A stretch of 64,000 nucleotides of DNA from an uncultured Dehalococcoidia bacterium. Lineage in GTDB: Bacteria > Chloroflexota > Dehalococcoidia > Lucifugimonadales > UBA3495. Shown here one piece after another: positions 27,425 to 35,571 of this stretch. Within the stretch, counting starts at the first letter, position 1, and every line of letters starts with the position of its first letter. The stretch is taken from NCBI GenBank assembly GCA_951813535.1, contig OX638345.1:3028608-3092607 (forward strand), in the 5' to 3' direction. Position numbers and translations under genes: made by a program. The notes beneath the pieces were generated by a model. It was given only the letters and a program-made list of their open reading frames with translations. It ran no database searches and was not told the origin of the DNA.

Positions 27425-28561
27425 ATGTACACGTCCTTCAGCATCGAAAACTTCCGCCTGTTCGACCAACTGACGGTGGACCCCCTGGCCCGCGTCAACC
27501 TGATCGCGGGCCAAAACAACGCCGGCAAGACGGCCTTGCTAGAGGCGATTTGGTTGCACTCCGGGCCGAACATTCCTGATCTAGGCATCCGGCTCGCGGG
27601 TTTTCGCGGGATCCCGACCGCGAACCCGAACAGGTTTATGCACGATCTGTTTTTTGACTTCGATCACAGCAGAGCGATAACGCTGCGAGCCAGAGGTAGT
27701 TGGAACACGCGCCCTAGGATTCTAACTGTCAAATCGCAACCTCGCGCGGAAGCGGTGATCACTACCGCCACAACTGAGCCGCCGATCATGCCTCCCAGAG
27801 GGTCACAAGAGCCGGATGTAATGACCGCTTCCGCCTCCGAGATAGTGCTCAATTACATTGATGAGCACGGCACAAGTTTCGAGTCCGCTGGATGGTGGGT
27901 CAGGTCTAACCCGCAGATGGTCAACATGGGACCTAATATCCAAATGGCGCTCGGTGGGGAAGGGATGGCTACGCGGCAAGCCAAGGTAGCGAACCATCCT
28001 TCATGCGTATTTCTTAGTGCTAGGCACCGCACCGGACCGGAAGAAGATGTCCAGCGTTTTGGAGAGGTAGAGTTAGAAGGTTACGCTGACCGGATAGTCG
28101 AAGCCTTGCAGGTCGTTGACCCAAGGATAAAACGCCTTTCGACGATTGCGACAGCGCCCATGCCAATGGTGTATGTGGACGTTGGGTTGAGTCGTTTGCT
28201 GCCCATTGGTTTTCTGGGTGACGGAATGGGCAGGTTGCTTTCCATGGCGTTGGCGTTCCACCAAGCCCGAAACGGAACCATTCTCATCGATGAGGTGGAA
28301 AACGGATTACATCACCGTACACTCGAACAGGTATGGACACGCCTCGACTGGCTGTCGCGGGAATTCAATGTGCAAGTCTTTGCAACGACGCACAGTGATG
28401 AGTGCATAGTTGCGGCAGATAATGCATTCACAACGCTTGGGTCGAACGATTTGCACCTACATCAACTCTATCGACGAACTCCTTCCGAGCCGGTAAAAGC
28501 GATGACGTACACTAAAGAAGCATTGAATACCAACGTCGCTTTTCGCTGGGAGTTGCGTTGA
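27425..28561 (+). CDS. ABC/SMC-like ATPase (AAA_15/AAA_21-type architecture), candidate defence ATPase
   Basis: Walker A NLIAGQNNAGKTALLEA at the N-terminus, then an insert of about 230 aa, then signature-like FLGDGMGRLL, Walker B GTILIDEVENGLH and H-loop VFATTHS. Confidence 0.75.
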   Translation: MYTSFSIENFRLFDQLTVDPLARVNLIAGQNNAGKTALLEAIWLHSGPNIPDLGIRLAGFRGIPTANPNRFMHDLFFDFDHSRAITLRARGSWNTRPRILTVKSQPRAEAVITTATTEPPIMPPRGSQEPDVMTASASEIVLNYIDEHGTSFESAGWWVRSNPQMVNMGPNIQMALGGEGMATRQAKVANHPSCVFLSARHRTGPEEDVQRFGEVELEGYADRIVEALQVVDPRIKRLSTIATAPMPMVYVDVGLSRLLPIGFLGDGMGRLLSMALAFHQARNGTILIDEVENGLHHRTLEQVWTRLDWLSREFNVQVFATTHSDECIVAADNAFTTLGSNDLHLHQLYRRTPSEPVKAMTYTKEALNTNVAFRWELR

Positions 28562-29220
28562 TGGTCGCCCCGCCAAGGCGGCCGGCGAATTTCCGGATCG
28601 AACAATCGCGCCTCCTGCTAGTCGAAGGCAATGATGATGCTCAGTTCTTTCGCCGAATCATCGAACGTCGCCAGAGCGAAGGGACACAGATCATCGATTT
28701 CGGCGGGAAGGATAAGTTGGGCGAGTTTTTGACAAGCGTCCTCGTCCCTCGTGTCAAGGCTACCGATATTGTCCGAATCATCGGCGTAGTAAGAGATGCC
28801 GATGAGTATCCCGACAGAGCGTTCCAAAGCGTCAGCGACTCTTTGCGACGCGCCGGATTGCCGGTCCCGAACTCACCAGCTACACCCGCTAACGGTAGTC
28901 TGGACGGGGCTGAAATTCAGATATTGATGCACATCATGCCTGACAATGTATCGACCGGTGATCTCGAAACCCTGTGCCTCACTGCCGTCCGAGACACAGT
29001 CGCCATGACTTGCGTCGACGGTTACATCGAATGCCTGCAAACGCGGGGCCAAACTGTGCAACACGAACGCAAGGCTAGGCTACACGCCTATCTGGCTTCC
29101 CATCCGGGTGACCCCACACTACAGCCTGGTCAGGCGATCGACGCAGGGATTATTCCGTGGGACAGTCCCGCCTTTGAGGCCGTCCACAGGTTCTTGGACG
29201 TGTTGGACGCCGCCTCTTAG
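28561..29220 (+). CDS. Small TOPRIM-like protein (RloB/AbiLii / DUF4276 / DUF3226 / DUF4435-like), candidate nuclease effector
   Basis: ATG overlaps the ATPase stop (TGATG). SRLLLVEGNDDAQFF supplies the conserved Glu, and IIGVVRDADEYPD about 60 aa later supplies DxD. 219 aa, lower GC. Confidence 0.6.
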   Translation: MVAPPRRPANFRIEQSRLLLVEGNDDAQFFRRIIERRQSEGTQIIDFGGKDKLGEFLTSVLVPRVKATDIVRIIGVVRDADEYPDRAFQSVSDSLRRAGLPVPNSPATPANGSLDGAEIQILMHIMPDNVSTGDLETLCLTAVRDTVAMTCVDGYIECLQTRGQTVQHERKARLHAYLASHPGDPTLQPGQAIDAGIIPWDSPAFEAVHRFLDVLDAAS

Positions 29221-29234
29221 AAACTATCTCAAAA
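29221..29234. repeat. IS left terminal inverted repeat
   Basis: AAACTATCTCAAAA is the perfect reverse complement of 30116-30129. Confidence 0.85.
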
Positions 29235-29291
29235 GGTGAACAGGCGGCGATTGAGGGGTTAGTATAAGGCAAAAGCGTGTGGAGGTGGGCT

Positions 29292-30121
29292 ATGGAGGAC
29301 GGTGCGGCATTGGCAACCATCTGGGAGGTTCCCGATCACCTTTGGGAGCAGATCCACCCGGTGATACTGGAACTGGACCCGCCCAAGCCCTCTGGCCGGA
29401 AGCGGGCCGACCCTCGGCTGATGCTCAACGGCATCATCTTCCGGCTGCGCAGCGGGTCCCAGTGGAACCACTTGCCCAGGGAATTGGGGGATGACAGCAC
29501 GATCCATCGCACCTTCCAGCGCTGGGTGGAGCGCGGGGTGTTCCAGCGCATCTGGACGGTATTGGCGGCGGACTGCGCCGAGTTGGGCGGCGTGCAGTGG
29601 GAATGGCAAGCGGCGGACTGCGCCATGGGCAAAGCGCGTTTTGGGGGGATGCGGTTGGCCCCAACCCCACGGACCGGGGCAAGGCGGGCAGCAAGCGCAG
29701 CATCCTGGTCGAAGGACAGGGCGGCCCGTTGAGCGTGGTGGTGGCCGGAGCCAACGTGCATGATACGAAGTTGTTGGCGGAAACACTGGAGCACATCGTC
29801 GCAGTGCGCCCCGCAGATTATGGAGGCGACGCCCCCAACCTGTGCCTGGACAAGGGGTACGACAATCCCACCGGTCGTAGGGCCGTTGCGGACCATGGCT
29901 ATGTTCCGCACATCCGGCGCATTGGCGAGGAGAAGCTGGCGCCCGACGGTCGGAAACGCTATCCGGCGCGACGGTGGGTGGTGGAACGAACGCTGGGCTG
30001 GCTGTCCAAGTGCCGGGGAATACTGGTGCGCTACGACAAGAAAGCATCGAACTATCTGGGGCTGCTGCAACTGGCCTGCGCATTACTCTGGTATCGCCGG
30101 CAGTGGCAACTGCTGTTTTGA
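29292..30121 (+). CDS. IS5-family DDE transposase, two frames joined by a -1 shift near 29639-29648
   Basis: Frame A reads MEDGAALATIWEVPDHLWEQI..SGSQWNHLPRE..TIHRTFQRWVERGVF..AMGKARFGG. Frame B (-1) continues DAVGPNPTDRGKAGSKRSILVEG..NVHDTKLL..LCLDKGYD..RWVVERTLGWL. The shift lies at the run TTTTGGGGGG. Confidence 0.8.
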
Positions 30122-30129
30122 GATAGTTT
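30116..30129. repeat. IS right terminal inverted repeat
   Basis: TTTTGAGATAGTTT, followed by the CTTAG duplication. Confidence 0.85.
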
Positions 30130-30161
30130 CTTAGGCACCCGGTTCACGATGGGCACTTGGA

Positions 30162-31289
30162 TTAGCGCATCACGTTGTTCAGCCCAGCGTGCCTCCCCGG
30201 ATCCAAATCCCTGCCGGCCAGCGCCGGGTGGTCGGGGCTGTAGCGGTGGCAGCGGAAGGTCGCGTTGGTGTACTCCATGCCGCCACCTCCACCCGCGGCG
30301 TCGCTGTAGAGGAAGAACGGGTTGATGTATTCCCAGACGACCTCGCTGCGGGGCGTGACCTCGAACATCCGGCCCGGCGCTCCCTCGCAGATCAGAGTGT
30401 TGCCGTTCGGCTGCCGCTCCGCGCTGCTGATGTTGTAGCTGTAGAAGGAGATAGACGGCATGCCCTGGTACTGCCAGTGGATATCGTTGGTAGTCGGGTC
30501 CACTTCCACTATGCGGGAGAAACTGGCGCCCCGCCGGTGACCGCCGTTGTCGAAGATCAGCACGCGTCCGTTGTCCAGCCAGGTGGGATGGTGCTGGTGG
30601 TAGATCTCGCCCGGTCCCCACTTCCACTTGAAGGCTCCGGTGGTCCGGTCGACGATGCCCACGGTGCTGGTGAGCCGGTAGCTGACCAGCAGGTCCCCAT
30701 CGGGCGTCACGTTCAGGCTGTTGCCGTGGGTCCATTCTCGCCGCGCCTCCAGCGGACAGATGACGTCCTCGGCGGGGTCCAGGTGCTCCCATGACCGCCA
30801 CTCCCACACGGCGGCGCCGTCCGGCGTCACTTCCCGGACCACATCGCCGAGCATGCCGGGAGCGAAATCCACATCGAATCCACCCTGAACCTGGGCCACC
30901 AGATCCGTGGGAACGGGGTCCCACATGAGCAGCAGGGTGTTTCCGTTGGGCAGCCGCTCGTAATCATGGTGGAGCGTATTGTCCCGGTAGGCCCAAACCA
31001 GGTTGCTGTCCCAGTCCAACTCGATGATGCTGGCCGACGAGCCGCCGACCGTTTCGACACCACCGGCATCCACAGGGGGCATGGTGCGGCAGAGCAGGTT
31101 ACCGTTGTCCAACAGGTAGGCGTAGTGAATGCCCTCAGGCGAATGCCAACGGTGAACCACGTTGCCTTCCATATCGATGAGGTAGGCGTCCTTGCCGCCG
31201 CGCGTGGTGGAGAAAAGCGTATAACCCCGTTGGCACGCTGCCGGAGTGTAGTGGATCAGCCCGACCGGATGGTGAATTGACCAGCCCAT
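30162..31289 (-). CDS. Arylsulfotransferase (ASST)-like beta-propeller protein
   Basis: GYTLFSTTRGGKDAYLIDMEGNVVHRWHSP..LLDNGNLL..LPNGNTLLL..WEHLD resembles the ASST_2 family. This is a call from memory of the family pattern. Confidence 0.5.
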   Translation of the reverse strand: MGWSIHHPVGLIHYTPAACQRGYTLFSTTRGGKDAYLIDMEGNVVHRWHSPEGIHYAYLLDNGNLLCRTMPPVDAGGVETVGGSSASIIELDWDSNLVWAYRDNTLHHDYERLPNGNTLLLMWDPVPTDLVAQVQGGFDVDFAPGMLGDVVREVTPDGAAVWEWRSWEHLDPAEDVICPLEARREWTHGNSLNVTPDGDLLVSYRLTSTVGIVDRTTGAFKWKWGPGEIYHQHHPTWLDNGRVLIFDNGGHRRGASFSRIVEVDPTTNDIHWQYQGMPSISFYSYNISSAERQPNGNTLICEGAPGRMFEVTPRSEVVWEYINPFFLYSDAAGGGGGMEYTNATFRCHRYSPDHPALAGRDLDPGRHAGLNNVMR

Positions 31290-31455
31290 TCGTTGCCCTC
31301 CGCAAAATCGATTCCGGCGCGATTATAGCAGGGGTCCCGCGTGAGCCCGGCGTGGACGCGAGTTATACTGCGCGGGCCATGGGCCGCAGAATGTCGCCAC
31401 GTCGAGGATCGACCCCTGGTGGCGTTGTCACGCTCCTGAGGTAATCGCCTTTCCC

Positions 31456-32352
31456 ATGTGGATTTTCCTGGCCATCTGCAGCGCCGCTTCGCTCGGCCTC
31501 GCGAACATTGCCCACAAAAGGCTGCTGGACAACTACCTCGAGGGTGTCGGAGCATTGGGCGCCGGCTCGATCGTTACGCGATCGTTTTTTGCGGCGCTGG
31601 CCCTGATCGTGGTGGGTTGGCCGGTCGGAGCGCCAGCGCTATCAATAGCCATCGGTCTGCTATCCGGCGTGAGCCTGGGCACGGGTCTTTTGCTGCTGTT
31701 CCTGGGTCTCAAGCTGGGAGAGGCCTCGAGAGCCGTTGCCGTCAGCCAGACCAATCCCATCCTGGTCGCGTTGTTGGCGCTGGTCATACTCGGGGAAACG
31801 ATCACGCCACCGCAGTGGGCCGCGATTGCCCTTGTGATCTGCGGAGTTGCGCTGGTCTCTATCGAAGGGTTCGGCAAGGGGCTGCTCAAGCTGACCCCCG
31901 GGCTGACCGCGCTGGTGGGAAGCTCAATAACGCTGGGCCTGTCGTTTTTCCTGGCCAAACTGGTGCTGGCCGACCTGACCCCTTGGGAAGTCTTCGGGCT
32001 GCAGGAGTTGGGGATGGTACCGGCGTTCGCGGTGTTCGGGCGGCCGGCAAACTGGCGGCGACTGTGGAACGGATTGCGTTCCGGTCCAGCCCTGACAACC
32101 TTCGTGATCGGTGAAGGCCTGCTGCCTCAACTGGCCATACTGCTTTTCGTCTGGTCGTTCAATCTGGGGCCAGTGTCGCTGGCGTCGGCGATCCTGGCCA
32201 CGCGTCCGTTGTTCGTTTTCGTGGTGGGCACGTTGCTGAGCTGGCGGACCTTCGGCATCATGCAGGAATCACTGCGGCCCTCGGCGTTGGCTGCCAAGGG
32301 TATCGCCATAGCGATGATCGTCGGAGGGACGACGATGCTGGCGACCCTGTGA
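31456..32352 (+). CDS. EamA/DMT-family transporter
   Basis: About 10 predicted TM segments and an internal two-fold EamA-like repeat. Starts MWIFLAICSAASLGLANIAHKRLL. Confidence 0.7.
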   Translation: MWIFLAICSAASLGLANIAHKRLLDNYLEGVGALGAGSIVTRSFFAALALIVVGWPVGAPALSIAIGLLSGVSLGTGLLLLFLGLKLGEASRAVAVSQTNPILVALLALVILGETITPPQWAAIALVICGVALVSIEGFGKGLLKLTPGLTALVGSSITLGLSFFLAKLVLADLTPWEVFGLQELGMVPAFAVFGRPANWRRLWNGLRSGPALTTFVIGEGLLPQLAILLFVWSFNLGPVSLASAILATRPLFVFVVGTLLSWRTFGIMQESLRPSALAAKGIAIAMIVGGTTMLATL

Positions 32353-32424
32353 CGTCCGCTTGACCCCGGTAGCGACCATGCCGGGTTGTCCGCCAGACTG
32401 TCCCGCCGGCATGGACGGAAACAA

Positions 32425-33072
32425 CTAGCCGGCCGGCGCGGATTCCGTAGCAGGGCTAGGGCGGTACTTCAGCGTCCAGAAGTGAACCAGTCCCACGGTG
32501 ACGATGATCGCCACGCAGTACCAGATCGGTAGCCAGGAGATGTCGAAAATCGCTTTTGCAACGATAATCGACGCGATATAGACAAAGGCGAGGGTGATCG
32601 TGGTGCTGCGTGTGGTCCACAGGATCACCAGGGCCGGCAGGGCCATGAGCAGCACCGGGCCCGTGAGCACCGCCGCAGTCACGCCCAGAGCGGTTGCCGC
32701 GCCGCGTCCGCCTCGGAAGCGAAGCCATACCGGCCAGATATGCCCGGCCATGGCGGAAGCGCCGGCCAGCATTCCGGACCCGGACAGTTCCGGCAGGGCG
32801 TCCGCCGAATCCGGCGCGTCGGTCGATATCAGGCTGACGAGGAGGTTGAGGACGAAGACCGGCGCGGCGCCCTTGGCGATGTCCACCACCCCGACGGTGA
32901 TACCCCACCGACGTCCGTAGACGCGGCCTACGTTACCGGCGCCGACGTTGCCATCGCCAAGTTCCCGAATGTCCATGGCCCCGCGGGCAGCGCGGCGGGC
33001 AACCAGATACGCCGTAGGCAGGCTGCCCACCAGATAGCCGAAAACGAGTGCTGCGCCGGACAGCCACAGCAT
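32425..33072 (-). CDS. plsY: Glycerol-3-phosphate acyltransferase PlsY
   Basis: GYLVGSLPTAYLVAR..DIRELGDGNVGAGNVGR..VDIAKGAAPV..GHIWPVWLRFRGGRGAAT. Confidence 0.9.
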   Translation of the reverse strand: MLWLSGAALVFGYLVGSLPTAYLVARRAARGAMDIRELGDGNVGAGNVGRVYGRRWGITVGVVDIAKGAAPVFVLNLLVSLISTDAPDSADALPELSGSGMLAGASAMAGHIWPVWLRFRGGRGAATALGVTAAVLTGPVLLMALPALVILWTTRSTTITLAFVYIASIIVAKAIFDISWLPIWYCVAIIVTVGLVHFWTLKYRPSPATESAPAG

Positions 33073-33114
33073 TGCACGACCTCCGACCTCGCGACGCCCG
33101 CGTCTATCGCATGA

Positions 33115-34080
33115 TCAGGTGGCTGCTACGGGCTGCCTTACCTGAGTGCACCAGTGACGGTACTTGGGATTGTTGCCGACAACGATGTCAAAGTACATGC
33201 GCTGCAATTCGGCGGTAATCGGGCCGGGCTGCCCATCGGCTATCGGTCGGCAATCCAACTCGACGACCGGGGTCAGGTGGGCGGCGGTACCGCTGAGGAA
33301 TACCTCGTCCGCAAGGTATAGCTCGCTGCGGTCGATGGTGCGCATCTGCACATTTATCCCGAGCTCAGCGCCAGCCAACTGCATGATGGTGTCGCGCGTG
33401 ATACCGCCGAGGACGTTGTCCTCCAGCGGAGGCGTGTAGATCACCCCTTTCTTCACCATGAAGATGTTCTCGCCGGACCCTTCGGACACGTGCCCGTCGT
33501 GGTTGAGCAGGATGGCCTCATCGAAGCCGGCGATGGTGGCCTCGGTCTTGGCGAGGATGCTGTTGATGTAGATGCCGCAGGCCTTGATGCGCGCCGGGAT
33601 CATCGGGTCATCGACCCGACGCCAGGACGAAGTGCAGCAACGCAGCCGATCGCTTCCCAGGTAGTTGCCGAACGGCACCGTGATCAGGGTGAAGTCCGAC
33701 GACAGTTCCTGGAGTTTCAGGTTGGCGACCAACTCCTCACTCTTGTAGGCAAGAGGTCGGATATATATGTCGGAATCGTGGCGGTTGCGCTCGACCAATT
33801 CCACAGTAATGTTGCAGAGATCGTCGGCGGAGTAGGGAATGTCCAGCATGAGGATGCGACATCCGTCCAGCAGGCGCTCGTAGTGTTCCCGCATGCGGAA
33901 GATATTGATGGCGCCCTGCTCTTCGTTCCAGTTGCCGCGGATACCCTCGAATACGCCGGTCCCGTAATGGAGGGCGTGGGTCATTACGCTTACTCTGGCC
34001 TCGCTGGCTGGTACGAACTGCCCGCGGAAAAACACTTGCAGTTGGTCGGAATTGAAGGAAGCCTGGCCATTGGTAGTCAC
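33115..34080 (-). CDS. ilvE: Branched-chain amino acid aminotransferase
   Basis: HALHYGTGVFEGIRG..YIRPLAY and the fold-type IV pattern. GTG 34080 is preceded by AAGGGGG. Confidence 0.85.
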   Translation of the reverse strand: MTTNGQASFNSDQLQVFFRGQFVPASEARVSVMTHALHYGTGVFEGIRGNWNEEQGAINIFRMREHYERLLDGCRILMLDIPYSADDLCNITVELVERNRHDSDIYIRPLAYKSEELVANLKLQELSSDFTLITVPFGNYLGSDRLRCCTSSWRRVDDPMIPARIKACGIYINSILAKTEATIAGFDEAILLNHDGHVSEGSGENIFMVKKGVIYTPPLEDNVLGGITRDTIMQLAGAELGINVQMRTIDRSELYLADEVFLSGTAAHLTPVVELDCRPIADGQPGPITAELQRMYFDIVVGNNPKYRHWCTQVRQPVAAT

Positions 34081-34113
34081 GTAATGCCCCCTTTTGAGCA
34101 AAGAATTCGGGGC

Positions 34114-34143
34114 ATTATACCGTTGACCACGTCCCGTTGCCAA
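34114..34143 (-). promoter_or_regulatory. Candidate promoter for ilvE
   Basis: Minus strand reads TTGGCA-18 nt-TATAAT, about 35 nt upstream of GTG 34080. Confidence 0.4.
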
Positions 34144-34215
34144 TCGACCCGAGTTGCGCGCTGACACAAAACCCGGGTGCGCCGGGCCGGAAACGCGTCA
34201 GCCCATTTAAGCGTT

Positions 34216-34851
34216 TCATCTCTTCTCGATACGCACGCCCGGTCCTGTCTCGGATATTAGCCGGTGGGCGAACAGGTAGTCCATGATCGCGTCGACGCAT
34301 TCGACGGGGGAGCGCCCGGTCGTGTGAATGGCGATCTCGGGCTCCTCCGGGCGTTCAAAAGGCGAGTCTATCCCCGTGAAATTGATGATTTCGCCGGCCC
34401 GGGCCCGACGGTAGAGGCCCTTGTTGTCCCGTTGTTCACAGAGCGACAGGGGCGTGTCGACAAAAACTTCGACGAACTTCTCGGCGGGAACCAGGCTCCG
34501 CGCGAAGTCCCTTTCCGCCTTGAACGGTGAGATGCAGGCCGCAAGGGTGATCAGCCCGGCGTCATACATCAGGCCGGCCACCTCCGCCATGCGCCGCACG
34601 TTTTCGTGCCGCGCTGCCACGCTAAACCCCAAATCCCGATTGAGCCCGTGGCGGAGATTGTCGCCATCCAGCACGTAGGTCGCGTAGCCGAAGTCGTACA
34701 GCCGCTTGGCCAGGCAATTGGCCAGCGTCGTCTTGCCGGCGCCCGACAACCCCGTGAACCAGAGCAGCAGCGGCTCCTGTTTGAGCAATGCGGTCCGGTC
34801 GCGGCGGGACACTGCATAGTCCTGCCAGAACACTTCTGAGTGCTCGCTCAT
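34216..34851 (-). CDS. cysC: Adenylyl-sulfate (APS) kinase
   Basis: LLWFTGLSGAGKTTLAN P-loop, then YVLDGDNLRHGLNRDLGFS. Confidence 0.9.
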   Translation of the reverse strand: MSEHSEVFWQDYAVSRRDRTALLKQEPLLLWFTGLSGAGKTTLANCLAKRLYDFGYATYVLDGDNLRHGLNRDLGFSVAARHENVRRMAEVAGLMYDAGLITLAACISPFKAERDFARSLVPAEKFVEVFVDTPLSLCEQRDNKGLYRRARAGEIINFTGIDSPFERPEEPEIAIHTTGRSPVECVDAIMDYLFAHRLISETGPGVRIEKR

Positions 34852-35126
34852 ATCGCCTACCCAGGGTCAGTTATCGCGGGCGATTATATCGCAGACCCGC
34901 CAGCAACTACCCTCCTTCGACGCCGGTGCGAATCCGCTTTTGGACCGGCCCTGCTCGTGAGCGCAGCGCTGCTATCTCTTTGGCGGATCCATCGCCAGGG
35001 CGTCCGGGTTCCGGCGCCGGCTCGTTTTTCGCGATCACAAACCCGGTTCCCAATGGCGCCATCACGAAGATGCTTTTCAACTGTTCGCCAAGCCGCCGCC
35101 ATCACAAATCGTGATAACAACCGGGT

Positions 35127-35155
35127 TGTTGGAACGGGTCTTCATTTGTGATAGA
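35127..35155 (+). promoter_or_regulatory. Candidate promoter of the SelW-like gene, with extended -10
   Basis: TTGGAA-17 nt-TAGAAT with TGa immediately upstream of the -10. About 45 nt upstream of ATG 35201. Confidence 0.45.
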
Positions 35156-35200
35156 ATTCTCAAGGCAGGCGCCAATACACGCTCCATTCGGAGGAGAAAC

Positions 35201-35488
35201 ATGGAAGGAAAGGTTCAGATCGAGATTACCTACTGCGTGCCTTGACAGCACCACGCTACCGCCACGTGGATGGCGAACGAGTTTTTCCGGGCCTACGGCG
35301 GCGACGCCGCTATCACGATCTCCCCGCGCGGACAGAGCATCATGGAAGTGTTCGTGGACGGTGAGAAGATCTTTGATCGGAAGGCCGAGGGCAACATCTA
35401 CCCCGACTTGGGCCGCGTCCGCAAGATGAAGGAAGTCATTTCCGCCAGGATCGCGAGCGCCGACCTCGCCGTGGCCGCCGACAACTAG
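35201..35488 (+). CDS. Rdx/SelW-like thioredoxin-fold selenoprotein (in-frame TGA = Sec at 35243-35245)
   Basis: The ORF track only calls 35270..35488. From ATG 35201 (GGAGGAG 4 nt upstream) the same frame reads MEGKVQIEITYCVP-TGA-QHHATATWMANEFF.., which matches the bacterial Rdx pattern IEYC..C....AAWMA.EL with CxxC replaced by CxxU. Confidence 0.7.
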
Positions 35489-35510
35489 TCGAGCACACCA
35501 AACGGAATTG

Positions 35511-35546
35511 AAAGCCGCCGCCCTCACGGGCGGCGGCTTTATTTGG
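35511..35546. terminator. Bidirectional intrinsic terminator between the SelW-like gene and tmk
   Basis: aaagccgccgccc-tcac-gggcggcggcttt followed by atttgg. A/T runs on both sides between convergent genes. Confidence 0.7.
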
Positions 35547-35571
35547 TTGCGCGGAGCTGTTGATAACGCGA

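Larger units (their letters stand above)
29221..30129 (+). mobile_element. IS5-family insertion sequence (small IS427/IS1031-like type, about 0.9 kb)
   Basis: Terminal inverted repeats AAACTATCTCAAAA (29221-29234) and TTTTGAGATAGTTT (30116-30129). Flanking direct repeat CTTAG at 29216-29220 and 30130-30134. Two-frame DDE transposase inside. Confidence 0.85.

Noticed and set aside
29259-30083. 274-aa and 244-aa minus-strand ORFs inside the first IS
   Set aside because: They are antisense to the frames that carry clear IS5 transposase motifs (NPTDRGK, DKGYD, RWVVERT).
34081-34113. Hairpin ATGCCCC-17 nt-GGGGCAT that could sequester the ilvE SD
   Set aside because: The 5' arm overlaps the predicted -10/+1 region and may not be transcribed, so the evidence is insufficient.
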